A DNA stretch of 32,000 bases from Edaphobacter aggregans. Its GTDB lineage: Bacteria; Acidobacteriota; Terriglobia; Terriglobales; Acidobacteriaceae. Position numbers and translations under genes: made by a program. Under the pieces are notes generated by a model. The model was given only the letters and a program-made list of their open reading frames with translations. It searched no databases and had not been told where the DNA came from. Shown here piece after piece: positions 7,600-15,843 of this stretch (position 1 is the first letter of the stretch; each line of letters begins with the position of its first letter). The DNA lies in the NCBI RefSeq assembly GCF_003945235.1, contig NZ_RSDW01000001.1:5700001-5732000 (forward strand). The letters are read 5' to 3'.

Positions 7600-8756
7600 C
7601 TTACGCGACGGGCCGCGCAGCGCCTGTGCTCGCCGTGGTAGGCGACGTAGCCTGCCAGCCAGGCGAGACGGAACCCAGTGGTGAGAAGGGGGTGAAAACT
7701 GCGTCGGGGACACCGCTCAGAATCTGTTCGCATCCCAGGCGGCCACTGCAAAGCAGATTGAGAATATGAAACCTGACCTCGTCGCGCTCGTCGGAGATGA
7801 GCAATACTAGGTATGACAATACTCGGACTTTGAGAACTCGTACGAACCGACCTATGGCGCCTTCAAGATGATCACGAGGCCTTTCGCTTGGCAACCATGA
7901 GTTTTATGTCGAGCACGGCGCGATCGGCGTTGCAGGCTATGGCTACTTCTCTTACTTCGACGGCGTTCAGCACAATGCCGATGGAACAGTGATGACGGCG
8001 ACGATCGCCGGCAACCCTGACACCGGTGGTACCTTCACCCAACCGGTGCCGTTTTCAGATGGACAGGCAGGGCACTTGGAACAGACGGGCGGACTAGGAA
8101 CAAACTCAGCGCCGGGAGGCCAAATCGGAGTTGGAAATGGCTGGTATTCCTACAATCTGGGCTCTTGGCACCTCATCTCGTTAAATATTGAGTGCGAAAC
8201 GCAGCCGGGCGGTTGCACGGGTGCCTGGATTGCTTCCGAGCTCCAATGGCTGAAAAAGGATCTCGCGGCGAATCATTCCGCGTGCACACTCGCCTACTGG
8301 CACCAACCCACGTTCATCCCCGCCAACAGCATCGCCGTACCCGAAGGCACGACCGCTAAGGCCTTTTGGCAACTGCTTTATCAGTATGGAGCCGACGTGG
8401 TGCTGAACGGACACGACCACCTCTATGGCCGCTACCGTCCGCTTGACCCCTCCGGGAACTACGATCCCAAAAAGGGCATACGGGAATTCGTCGTGGGCAC
8501 CGGCGGCGAGACACTCGATGCGGTCGTCACAACGAACACAACAACCGCTGATCCTACCGGCAATCCGAACTTCAACAAAGAAAATCTCGAGGCCGCAACC
8601 GGGGAATTCTGGGGCGTGATGGGTCTGACGCTCAATCAGAATAGCTACGCTTGGGACTTCGAGTCGGCATTGAAGGATCCTGCACAGACAACCGGTCCGG
8701 ATTCTTACAGCGACAAGGGCGTCGGCAGCTGCCACGGTCCAGTCAACAGGTGGTGA
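7600..8756 (+). pseudogene. Calcineurin-like metallophosphoesterase, disrupted by two frameshifts and two in-frame stops
   Basis: Frame 0 carries motif I, VLAVVGDVACQPGE (about 7630-7665). Frame 2 carries TAQNLFASQAATAKQIENMKPDLVALVGDEQY, then TAG 7808-7810 and TGA 7814-7816, then QYSDFENSYEPTYGAFKMITRP. Frame 0 resumes at SLGNHEFYVEHGA, with the shift in the T-run near 7881-7884. It continues through WHLISLN, CTLAYWHQP and VVLNGHDHLYGRY to FVVGTGG and the stop at 8756. Confidence 0.7.
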
Positions 8757-9379
8757 ACCGGATCGTCTCCGCCACATTGGGCTTGATCTTGCTTCAGTAC
8801 CCGTTCCCCTTTGTGAGAAATCGCGAAGGGGGGACTTCTCTTGCCTCGCTCTCAGCTAAAGACAATCTTCTTCGGTGCAGATGGAGTCTCTGTCGGAACT
8901 TCTGTGCCTACTGAGTAGACCACGAGTGCTCGCGAGACTCTCGGCTGCTGGTAGCTGCCAAGCACTCATCAATCACGAGTTGCGAAACAAGAGCAAGATA
9001 GGTTCCCGGAAACGGGCTTCAGTCTAGCGATCTGCGTTTGAGGTGCCTCGGAATTCTGAACGAGCGCCAAATCGCCATCCATGTAAGTCATCTGTCAAGA
9101 AAAGGGCACGATATTTCTAGGCGCGCTCAGGAGTGCGCGTATTCGGTGTGATGGGGTCATCGAGCTGCGCACGTATGCCTCTCGGCTAGTGGTCCCTGCT
9201 CCCTGCAGGACCGGACATCCATTTGCTGCCTCAAGCTCCGTAGAGCTGTCGCAGAAGATTGAGTTTGTGTTCTCTGCCAGTCCCGAAACAATGCGAAGAG
9301 AGCCTCGGGAGTTTCCTCCGTCGCCCGGGCGATTTAGTGCAGGACCTGGCAGCCTGCGCATCGAATGATCTTGTTTTGT

Positions 9380-10647
9380 TCTTCCTTATTAGGAAGGTTT
9401 TTTCAAGCCACTGCTTTGGCCGCCAACTCTTCGGCCGGCACGAAGTCCTGTTTCCTGCGGTCTACCGCGAGCATGTAGGCCACCAGTTTCCTGGCCACCG
9501 CCAGGGTGGCCCGATTTTTGTTCCCTCGCTGGATTTCCTTCTCCCGGAGCAGGGCCAGTTCGTGGGAGTACCGGGGCGCCAGCTTGGCGGCTTCCACCAG
9601 TACGTGCTGGATGTGCTTGTTCCTCTGCTTGGAAATCGGCATGCGCATTACCTTGTCGGCAGAACTCTTCTCAGCGCTGCATAGTCCGCAGTAGCTGATG
9701 GCTTCCTTCACCGATGGGAAGCGGGTGTAGTCTCCGATCTCCAGGGCCCAGGTCAGCGCGGTGATGGGACCCACTCCGGGGATCGTCCTCAGTCGTCTCA
9801 ACCGCTCCGACAGCAGCGGATCTCGTTCCAGTGAACTGATCAGCGCACGATCCAGTCGCTGTCCCCGCAGGATGTGTTCGCGGCCTAGCCGAAGCAGGGG
9901 CCGGATGCTGTCGCTGATCTCCTCGTTGGTCGAGAACAGTTCGCTGAAGTAACCCATCTTATGCAGCCGCTGCTTGTCATAGCTGACCCCGCTTTCCATG
10001 AGCAGCCCCGATACACGGTTCTTCATTTGCACCATCTGCCGTATCACCAGGTTCCGGTAGCGCAACGTACGGCGTCGGTCTCGAATCTCCGTCGAAGCCA
10101 TATGGCACTCGGGCAGAAAGTCGCACCGCAGGCAGTCGGCAATCTTGCCGGCATCGATACGGTCGTTCTTCTTCTTGGCCGCGGCGATAGCCCGGAGCAC
10201 CAGCGGATGGGCCACCTTCACCTTCTCGGCATGCGGAAGCAGGTGATCGTAGATCCAGCCGGTGAAGATCGTCGCCTCCATGGCCATCATCCGAGGTTGA
10301 GGTAACGTCTGGATCCATGCATCCAGCTCACCTCTCGTCGCACCGATCTTGCCTTCCCGGTGCACATGACCAGCTGCTTCCTTTACGCAATAGCTGATCG
10401 TCTTCTTGTGAACATCAAGTCCGATGTAATACATAATCGTCTCTGAGGAGCCTCCGAGGTAGTTCTCTGAATCAGCCTCACAGCTGAGTTCAGCCTCTTG
10501 CAACACCTCGTGCTCCTCCCAGACTTAGCATTCAAACAATGCACTCGTTCACTCCGGCTCGATGAGTGCTAAGCTCTGATTTCGCGAGTTGATATTCTAA
10601 TATGCACTTGAACATCTTCCAGTGCGCAGGTCGACATCGGCACGACG
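9380..10647 (-). mobile_element. IS110-family insertion sequence (ends not determinable from a single copy)
   Basis: A single transposase gene is flanked by non-coding DNA. The right flank abuts the stop codon of the DUF2264 gene at 10648, and the left flank could extend as far as about 8960. IS110 elements usually lack clear terminal inverted repeats, so these boundaries are a guess. Confidence 0.55.
9403..10434 (-). CDS. IS110-family transposase/recombinase (DEDD N-terminal domain + Transposase_20 C-terminal domain)
   Basis: MYYIGLDVHKKTISYCVK is the IS110 DEDD N-terminal motif. The C-terminal half carries LRTIPGVGPITALTWALEIGDYTRFPSVKEAISYCGL. I place the start at ATG 10434. The 24-codon extension back to 10506 is read-through of the element's 5' flank. 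Confidence 0.9.
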   Translation of the reverse strand: MYYIGLDVHKKTISYCVKEAAGHVHREGKIGATRGELDAWIQTLPQPRMMAMEATIFTGWIYDHLLPHAEKVKVAHPLVLRAIAAAKKKNDRIDAGKIADCLRCDFLPECHMASTEIRDRRRTLRYRNLVIRQMVQMKNRVSGLLMESGVSYDKQRLHKMGYFSELFSTNEEISDSIRPLLRLGREHILRGQRLDRALISSLERDPLLSERLRRLRTIPGVGPITALTWALEIGDYTRFPSVKEAISYCGLCSAEKSSADKVMRMPISKQRNKHIQHVLVEAAKLAPRYSHELALLREKEIQRGNKNRATLAVARKLVAYMLAVDRRKQDFVPAEELAAKAVA

Positions 10648-11946
10648 CTAATTTGTCTGCTCCCTGTCTGGCATGATCGCTGAATGGTCTTCCAGCGCGT
10701 GATCCGGTCCGACCTGCTCGCCCGACCATGTCTTTTTTGATGTCCAAGGCATCGAGCGACCGCTCCAGAACAGATCGGTCGCAGGAAGTCCGAGCGGAAG
10801 CAATGCGGCAGAGCACAGATACGAGCTTCCAGTCGATATGTACGATTCAGCGATCGAAGGTTGGTGACCATGAAATCCGATCCTGAGCCATCCTTTTTCA
10901 TCAAAGACATTGGGCGCATCAAGCATTCTCCGCATCACGGTCGTCAACGCAGATCGTACTTGCGAAGGTGCGATCGGCTCAGGAAGGACTCGCCGCAACG
11001 CTACCTCAGCGAGCAAATGAAACGCGCCGAAGCGGTAGCAAAGCGATCGTCCGATAGGCGGAAACGTCCCATCGGGGCCAATGAGCCGCTCCTGAATGGC
11101 CGCGTAGCGTTGGGCTCGGACCGTTATCGCCGGCCGAAATGATTCCCATGCAGTGGAGGACTTTGAGATGCTGTCAAGAATATTCAGCAGCATGGGTTGG
11201 ATGACAAAGCTGTTGTAATAATCCCAATGGAACGACGGCCCGTCGCCGTAAACTCCATCCCCCTTGTACCAGGTATTCATGGTTCGGACCGCGTAGTCAA
11301 CGCGCATTGGATCCCACCATGCACCCATAACTGACAATGCCGCTTCTACCATTGCAGAAAATAGCAACCAGTTGTTGTACCCCGGCCGTATCTGCCGGGA
11401 AGACTGGAGCGCGGCAATCGTATTTTTTTGAACCCTGGAATCCAGCTTATGCCACAGTTCGGTGGGCGCGCGCACAATCGCAAGCGCCAGAAACGCGGCA
11501 TCCACAACGGGTTGGCTACCCTTATTGAAATTCATAAAGTCGGGCGACGCGGGATCCGTTCCCGCATCGATCGCTTTGCGCGTTAGATCCGCGTATTGGC
11601 TTCTGAGCGCTCCCTCCGTGCCTGTGGATGATCCCGATTCGAGCCACGGCGCAATCCCAGACAGAAGACGCCCCATTGCTTCGAGATAAGTATATTGACT
11701 CCGTTCGGAGACATTTCCATGCGGAGCCTCCACCGGCATCAATTCCTTCAACCGTCTCTGACTGGCTGCGTTTAGAACAGGATCGGTTACCTTGGTAAGA
11801 ACTTGTAGCCAGAACTTCCGATCCTCTTCGCCGGAGTCGATAGGTGTTGTTTCAGCGGAAAGATCAAGACCAGCGAGAGCGCCCAATGCGATTCCGCCTC
11901 GTAAAAATCCCCTGCGGCCCATACGAGAGAGAGTCTTTGATGACAT
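10648..11946 (-). CDS. Tat-exported DUF2264-family protein (glycan-utilisation associated)
   Basis: The twin-arginine signal is MSSKTLSRMGRRGFLRGGIALGALAG. I recall the core WYKGDGVYGDGPSFHWDYYNSFVIQPML as the DUF2264 signature. The gene is co-directional with, and 148 nt downstream of, the TBDR gene. Confidence 0.7.
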   Translation of the reverse strand: MSSKTLSRMGRRGFLRGGIALGALAGLDLSAETTPIDSGEEDRKFWLQVLTKVTDPVLNAASQRRLKELMPVEAPHGNVSERSQYTYLEAMGRLLSGIAPWLESGSSTGTEGALRSQYADLTRKAIDAGTDPASPDFMNFNKGSQPVVDAAFLALAIVRAPTELWHKLDSRVQKNTIAALQSSRQIRPGYNNWLLFSAMVEAALSVMGAWWDPMRVDYAVRTMNTWYKGDGVYGDGPSFHWDYYNSFVIQPMLLNILDSISKSSTAWESFRPAITVRAQRYAAIQERLIGPDGTFPPIGRSLCYRFGAFHLLAEVALRRVLPEPIAPSQVRSALTTVMRRMLDAPNVFDEKGWLRIGFHGHQPSIAESYISTGSSYLCSAALLPLGLPATDLFWSGRSMPWTSKKTWSGEQVGPDHALEDHSAIMPDREQTN

Positions 11947-12029
11947 GCGTTGTCCCTAAAACCGAAATAGATTTACTTGCGGAAGAGAAAGCAGCTCTCA
12001 TGAAATAAGAAGGATCACTTGCCACCCCT

Positions 12030-12056
12030 GGCCGACCGCAGATTATGCGATCGGCC
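12030..12056 (-). terminator. 10-bp intercistronic hairpin between the TBDR and DUF2264 genes (attenuator/terminator or RNA-stability element)
   Basis: GGCCGACCGC (12030-12039) pairs with GCGATCGGCC (12047-12056), with one G.U pair on the minus-strand RNA and a 7-nt loop. No U-tract is present on either strand. Confidence 0.35.
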
Positions 12057-12094
12057 AAAGAGTTGCTGTGGGAACTGCTAATTCGAATGGCCTC

Positions 12095-15000
12095 TTAGAA
12101 GTTTATTCGACCTGAGAAGCGCAATTCGCGGTTGGAGTTGCTTGTTACGCCCGAAATGACTCCGAATCCGCTGGAAGCAGTTACGCTCGAGGCAGGGTTG
12201 CTAAATTGCGGCGTGTTGGTGAGGTTGAATGCCTCGGCGCGGAAGATCATGCTATACCGATCCGAGATTGTGAAGGTCCGAGCCACGCTGGTACTCAGGT
12301 TGGTGAGTCCAGGCCCCCGAAGCGAGTGTAGCCCCGCCGTTCCAAAGCGGCACACCGCCGTATTAGCGGCGGAACAACTCGAACCCGACGCAGCCTTTTC
12401 GGCCACGGACGGGTCGGCGAAATTTGCAGGATTGAAGTAAGGATGGGTGCTGTCGTGGCCGCCAAGAATCATGTTCGACTTGGAGATTACGTCAGCAAAT
12501 TGCGAGCTGCCAGATGTACTGGGACCAAGAGAGCCTCCGCTGCCAGTGACCGTAAAGGGCGTACCGCTCTCACGGCTCAAAGAGCCGCTTAAGGACCACC
12601 CTCCCAGAATGAATGCAGCTGGGCCAGTCTGAAGAAAGGCCTGGCCCCTCCCGAAGGGAAGCATATAGTTTCCAAAGATCTGAAGGTTATGTGTCCGGTC
12701 AAAACCAGCCACCCCTCGGTTGAGACGCCAATAAGGCCCGCCCATCGCAGTAAATAAACCCGACTCGCCGTCGGATTGATCGCCATAATCGTTGATCGCG
12801 CGGGAGTACGTGTAGTTCACTGCGACGCTGCTGTCGCCCGCGAATCTGTGCTTTGCCTGTGCTTGTAGGGCATTGTAGTGTCCGGTCCCATCCGGTATTT
12901 CGGAAGTGATTCCAGCCGTGATGCCATACAGCGCGTTCATGGGCTCTTGGGCAACAGTTTGGCCCGGCGCCAGGTTCGCATTGATGTTGATGCCCGGAAC
13001 TTCCCGGATGATGTGTTCGCCGACGTAGGTAGCATTCAAGATGATTGCGCCAGGAAGCTCACGCTCCAATGCCGCGTTGTAGCTCTCGTAGTATCCGCGC
13101 CGGTAATTCAGTGGCAGCGTAGTTGCTCCTAGGGAGCCAGCGGGTGAACCGAGAGAACCAAGAGCAACCGAGGGTGAGCTTGGGCTCAGCGTCGGAGCCG
13201 TCAAAATCGGAATACCGGTCGTCAATGTGACGGGTACTCCGGCGACAACGGGTGACACATTCGCAGTGTTTCCCTGAATTGTCTGCGAAACCACCGACGG
13301 ATAGGTCGTCAGCACATTGCGAAAGCTGTCGGGGTTAGTGGATAACCCGAAGCCGGCGCGGGCCACAGTCTTGGAGTCGATGCGGTAGGCCAAGCCAAGG
13401 CGCGGCGCAAACATGCCTTTCCCTGCCTGGACTTTAACGCTTGCGGGAACGCCCGCAGATCCCTCTACATAGAGGTTTCCGTCGGCGGGGTTGAAGATGT
13501 CAAGACCGGAATGGTCGCGGGTGGCGATCGGATAATACTCGTACCTGATGCCGTAGTTGACCGTGAGTTTCTCCGTCGCCCGCCACTGATCCTGAGCATA
13601 GAATGCCCAGACGCTCTCGCGAGACGTGGCCGGATTCAGATATTGGGTGTCCTTTTGAACCAACTGCGGGAGGCCGAGCAGAAAATCCGCCCATGAGTTG
13701 TAGCCATTTGCAGCCGCTCCGCCCGTGAGCGTGGTTAGGCCGCCTGTGAAGTTGAAGCCGCCGCGAGGACCGGAGGTGTTCTGCGGTTGGAAGTGGTTAA
13801 TCGCAAAGCGGTCGAACTCCATGCCGTAACGAGTTGAGTGTTTCCCTTTGTTCCAACTCAGGTTGGCGGCGGTCACATAGGTGTTGTCCCTGAATTGAAA
13901 GGGATTGGAATTATTTTGATTTCCCAGATTCGAGAGCCCGCCGCTGAATACGAATCTAGGCATGCCCCCACACAGGCTGCAGCTGCCATTGGTACCGGGA
14001 ATGTTGAAGTAGGATGTTCCCCAATCGGTCCCGATGTCGGTGTTCTTGGCGGCCATGCCCTGGCGTAGGTAGCCGACGTTGGCATCAAGAAGCAGGTTGG
14101 ACCGGAAGGCATAGGTGCCACCGATTCCGATGGATTGAACCAGGCTCGGCGCATTGCCGGGCTGGCCGCCGTCGAAGGTCGTTCCGCCTGCCGTTCCCAG
14201 CGTCTGGGGATCAAAGAGGTTTGCCTTCTGAAATCCATAGCGCCCGAAGACTGTGCTTTTGTTGCTGGGGGTGTAATCGATGCGAGTATCAACATTGTCG
14301 CGGGTGTACTCGCCGTCGGCGGCGCCAAAGAAGTTATTGCTGAGCCCGGCGCCGGTAACGTTCGGTGTATCGGCAGTCATCAGTTTGATCATCTGCTGCG
14401 CGGCGTAGGAGATGCGGCTTGCGGGAATGACGTTGTTCGGGAATGGCGTGCGCCCAGTACCATTGGCATTGCCCGTAGCGGGGTCATAGATGACGGTACT
14501 GATGCCCGTGAAATTGCCTGTGAGCATGTTTGAGGTTGGAACCGTCTGGAAGCCGCTTAACGCCTGCGAGCGCCGCGTGCGTTCCCAGTTCCCGAAGAAG
14601 AAGGCCTTATTTTTCATGATCGGGCCGCCGTAATTGGCCCCGAACTGATTCAGGATGTACTTGGGAATCAAGCCTCTGTTAGTCGCCGTCGGCGTGAAGA
14701 AGAAGCTTTTCGCCATCAGGGCGCTGATCATGTTGTATTCCCAGGCTGAGCCGTGGAATCTGTTGGTTCCGGACTTGGTCGTCACGTTGACTGAGGCACC
14801 GGAGGCAAATCCCTGCTCGGCGTTCATACTGTTGGTCACTACGTTGACAGCGGAGATCGCCTCGGTCGACGGTGTATATGCGGTGATCTCCGGCAGCCAT
14901 GCATAGATATCGCTGACGCCGTCAATGCGGGTGCTGTTGTTGCTTCCCGACACGCCGTTTGCGTTGAACATCATCGTATCGGCGGGGTTCCCAGCTTCCG

Positions 15001-15610
15001 AGTGTTGCTCGCCCGGCGGCGAAAAGCCGGGTAGGAGGACAAACAAGCTTTGGAAGTTGCGCATATTCAATCCTGCAGTTGTCACGAGCGTCTGTACTTG
15101 TGTCGTTTCCAACTCAGAGGTCACGTTCGCGGTATCCGTCTGGAGCTCGGGAGGTGCGGCGGTGACCATAACCGTTTGTCCAACTGTTGCTGGATGAAGC
15201 TGGACATCGAAGCGCCGCTCGGTATTTGCTTGAATTTCAATCCCCTGTCCCACTGTACTGGCGAACGCCTTCGCTGTTATCGAAACCTTGTAAGTACCCG
15301 CCGCCAAATCCGAAAGGCGAAAGGTGCCAGAACCGTCGGTTGTCACTGTCTTTGCAATGCCGGTCCCGGTATCGGTGGCCACCACCATGGCGCCTACAAC
15401 TGCTGCTCCGGTGGAATCGGTTACGTTGCCGACCAGAGTGCCATATAACGTCTGCGCGTAGGCTGGGGCCGTAAGAAGCATTGCGATCGCTACGAGCGGC
15501 ACGACGAAAGCCCATACGCTTCTGCGGAGAGCCTTTACCGAAACTCGGTGAGTTTGCTGAAAGAGTCGACCGTGGCTGATGCCACTCTGGGTTACTGCAT
15601 CTTCGTACAT
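12095..15610 (-). CDS. TonB-dependent receptor, acidobacterial long type with an N-terminal CarboxypepD_reg-like domain
   Basis: The product is 1171 aa. The signal peptide is AFVVPLVAIAMLLTAPAYAQ. It is followed by GTLVGNVTDSTGAAVVGAMVVATDTGTGIAKTVTTDGSGTFRLSDLAAGTYKVSITAKAF, a carboxypeptidase-regulatory-like fold. The barrel is long and G/N/S/T/Y-rich, ending ELRFSGRINF with a terminal aromatic residue. AGGAGG (rc of 15615-15620) lies 4 nt before ATG 15610. Confidence 0.9.
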   Translation of the reverse strand: MYEDAVTQSGISHGRLFQQTHRVSVKALRRSVWAFVVPLVAIAMLLTAPAYAQTLYGTLVGNVTDSTGAAVVGAMVVATDTGTGIAKTVTTDGSGTFRLSDLAAGTYKVSITAKAFASTVGQGIEIQANTERRFDVQLHPATVGQTVMVTAAPPELQTDTANVTSELETTQVQTLVTTAGLNMRNFQSLFVLLPGFSPPGEQHSEAGNPADTMMFNANGVSGSNNSTRIDGVSDIYAWLPEITAYTPSTEAISAVNVVTNSMNAEQGFASGASVNVTTKSGTNRFHGSAWEYNMISALMAKSFFFTPTATNRGLIPKYILNQFGANYGGPIMKNKAFFFGNWERTRRSQALSGFQTVPTSNMLTGNFTGISTVIYDPATGNANGTGRTPFPNNVIPASRISYAAQQMIKLMTADTPNVTGAGLSNNFFGAADGEYTRDNVDTRIDYTPSNKSTVFGRYGFQKANLFDPQTLGTAGGTTFDGGQPGNAPSLVQSIGIGGTYAFRSNLLLDANVGYLRQGMAAKNTDIGTDWGTSYFNIPGTNGSCSLCGGMPRFVFSGGLSNLGNQNNSNPFQFRDNTYVTAANLSWNKGKHSTRYGMEFDRFAINHFQPQNTSGPRGGFNFTGGLTTLTGGAAANGYNSWADFLLGLPQLVQKDTQYLNPATSRESVWAFYAQDQWRATEKLTVNYGIRYEYYPIATRDHSGLDIFNPADGNLYVEGSAGVPASVKVQAGKGMFAPRLGLAYRIDSKTVARAGFGLSTNPDSFRNVLTTYPSVVSQTIQGNTANVSPVVAGVPVTLTTGIPILTAPTLSPSSPSVALGSLGSPAGSLGATTLPLNYRRGYYESYNAALERELPGAIILNATYVGEHIIREVPGININANLAPGQTVAQEPMNALYGITAGITSEIPDGTGHYNALQAQAKHRFAGDSSVAVNYTYSRAINDYGDQSDGESGLFTAMGGPYWRLNRGVAGFDRTHNLQIFGNYMLPFGRGQAFLQTGPAAFILGGWSLSGSLSRESGTPFTVTGSGGSLGPSTSGSSQFADVISKSNMILGGHDSTHPYFNPANFADPSVAEKAASGSSCSAANTAVCRFGTAGLHSLRGPGLTNLSTSVARTFTISDRYSMIFRAEAFNLTNTPQFSNPASSVTASSGFGVISGVTSNSNRELRFSGRINF

Positions 15611-15756
15611 GAAGCCTCCTGGATGTTAAGTAGTTCAGTAAATCTGCGCCCTGGAGCATTCAGTCTTCGGGCACGCTTGGAGATCTGTGCCTGGGAGAAC
15701 GAGCTTTCAGTGGACTTCGAGACTCTTCTAGTCGGAAGGCACACTTGGCTAGGTCA

Positions 15757-15843
15757 CATACGGTAGCAACGAGAGGAGGATTCTAAGTGGCTCAATATAG
15801 ACGTGATAGATGGATGTAACAAGAAGATGCGGACTTGTAACAA
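15757..15843. promoter_or_regulatory. Motif set A: CATACGGTAGCA + GATGTAACA + TTGTAACAA in the TBDR / 450-aa gene divergent region
   Basis: Block 1 is at 15757-15768, block 2 at 15813-15821 and block 3 at 15835-15843. The same three blocks recur in the same order and orientation at 18816-18883. On the minus strand, block 1 reads TGcTACCGT (the TGnTAnnnT extended -10 pattern) pointing at the TBDR gene. The TGTnACA boxes are palindromic. Confidence 0.4.
15787..15819 (+). promoter_or_regulatory. Candidate 10-codon leader uORF with a strong SD, ending 7 nt before the main ATG
   Basis: AGGAGG (15774-15779) is followed by a 7-nt spacer and GTG 15787. The uORF is GTG GCT CAA TAT AGA CGT GAT AGA TGG ATG TAA (MAQYRRDRWM), with its stop at 15817-15819. 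The downstream ATG at 15827 has no SD of its own. Confidence 0.25.

Noticed and set aside
8181-8777. 198-aa minus-strand ORF
   Set aside because: It is antisense to the metallophosphoesterase reading frame, which carries clear family motifs. Its own product is an R/G/C-rich shadow.
9259-10318. ORFs 9259..9684 (+), 9961..10305 (+) and 9977..10318 (-) inside the IS110 gene
   Set aside because: They overlap the transposase CDS, which has unambiguous family motifs, and they have no independent support.
8961-10570. 10-bp inverted match AGCACTCATC (8961-8970) / GATGAGTGCT (10561-10570) as possible IS110 terminal repeats
   Set aside because: This is a single short match with non-matching flanks. 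IS110 elements normally lack terminal inverted repeats, and a chance match of this size between two several-hundred-nt flanks is not very unlikely. It would need other copies of the element to be confirmed.
12132-15659. Numerous 60-150-aa ORFs on both strands within the TBDR gene
   Set aside because: They are alternative-frame or antisense ORFs in a GC-rich 1171-codon gene, with no motifs.
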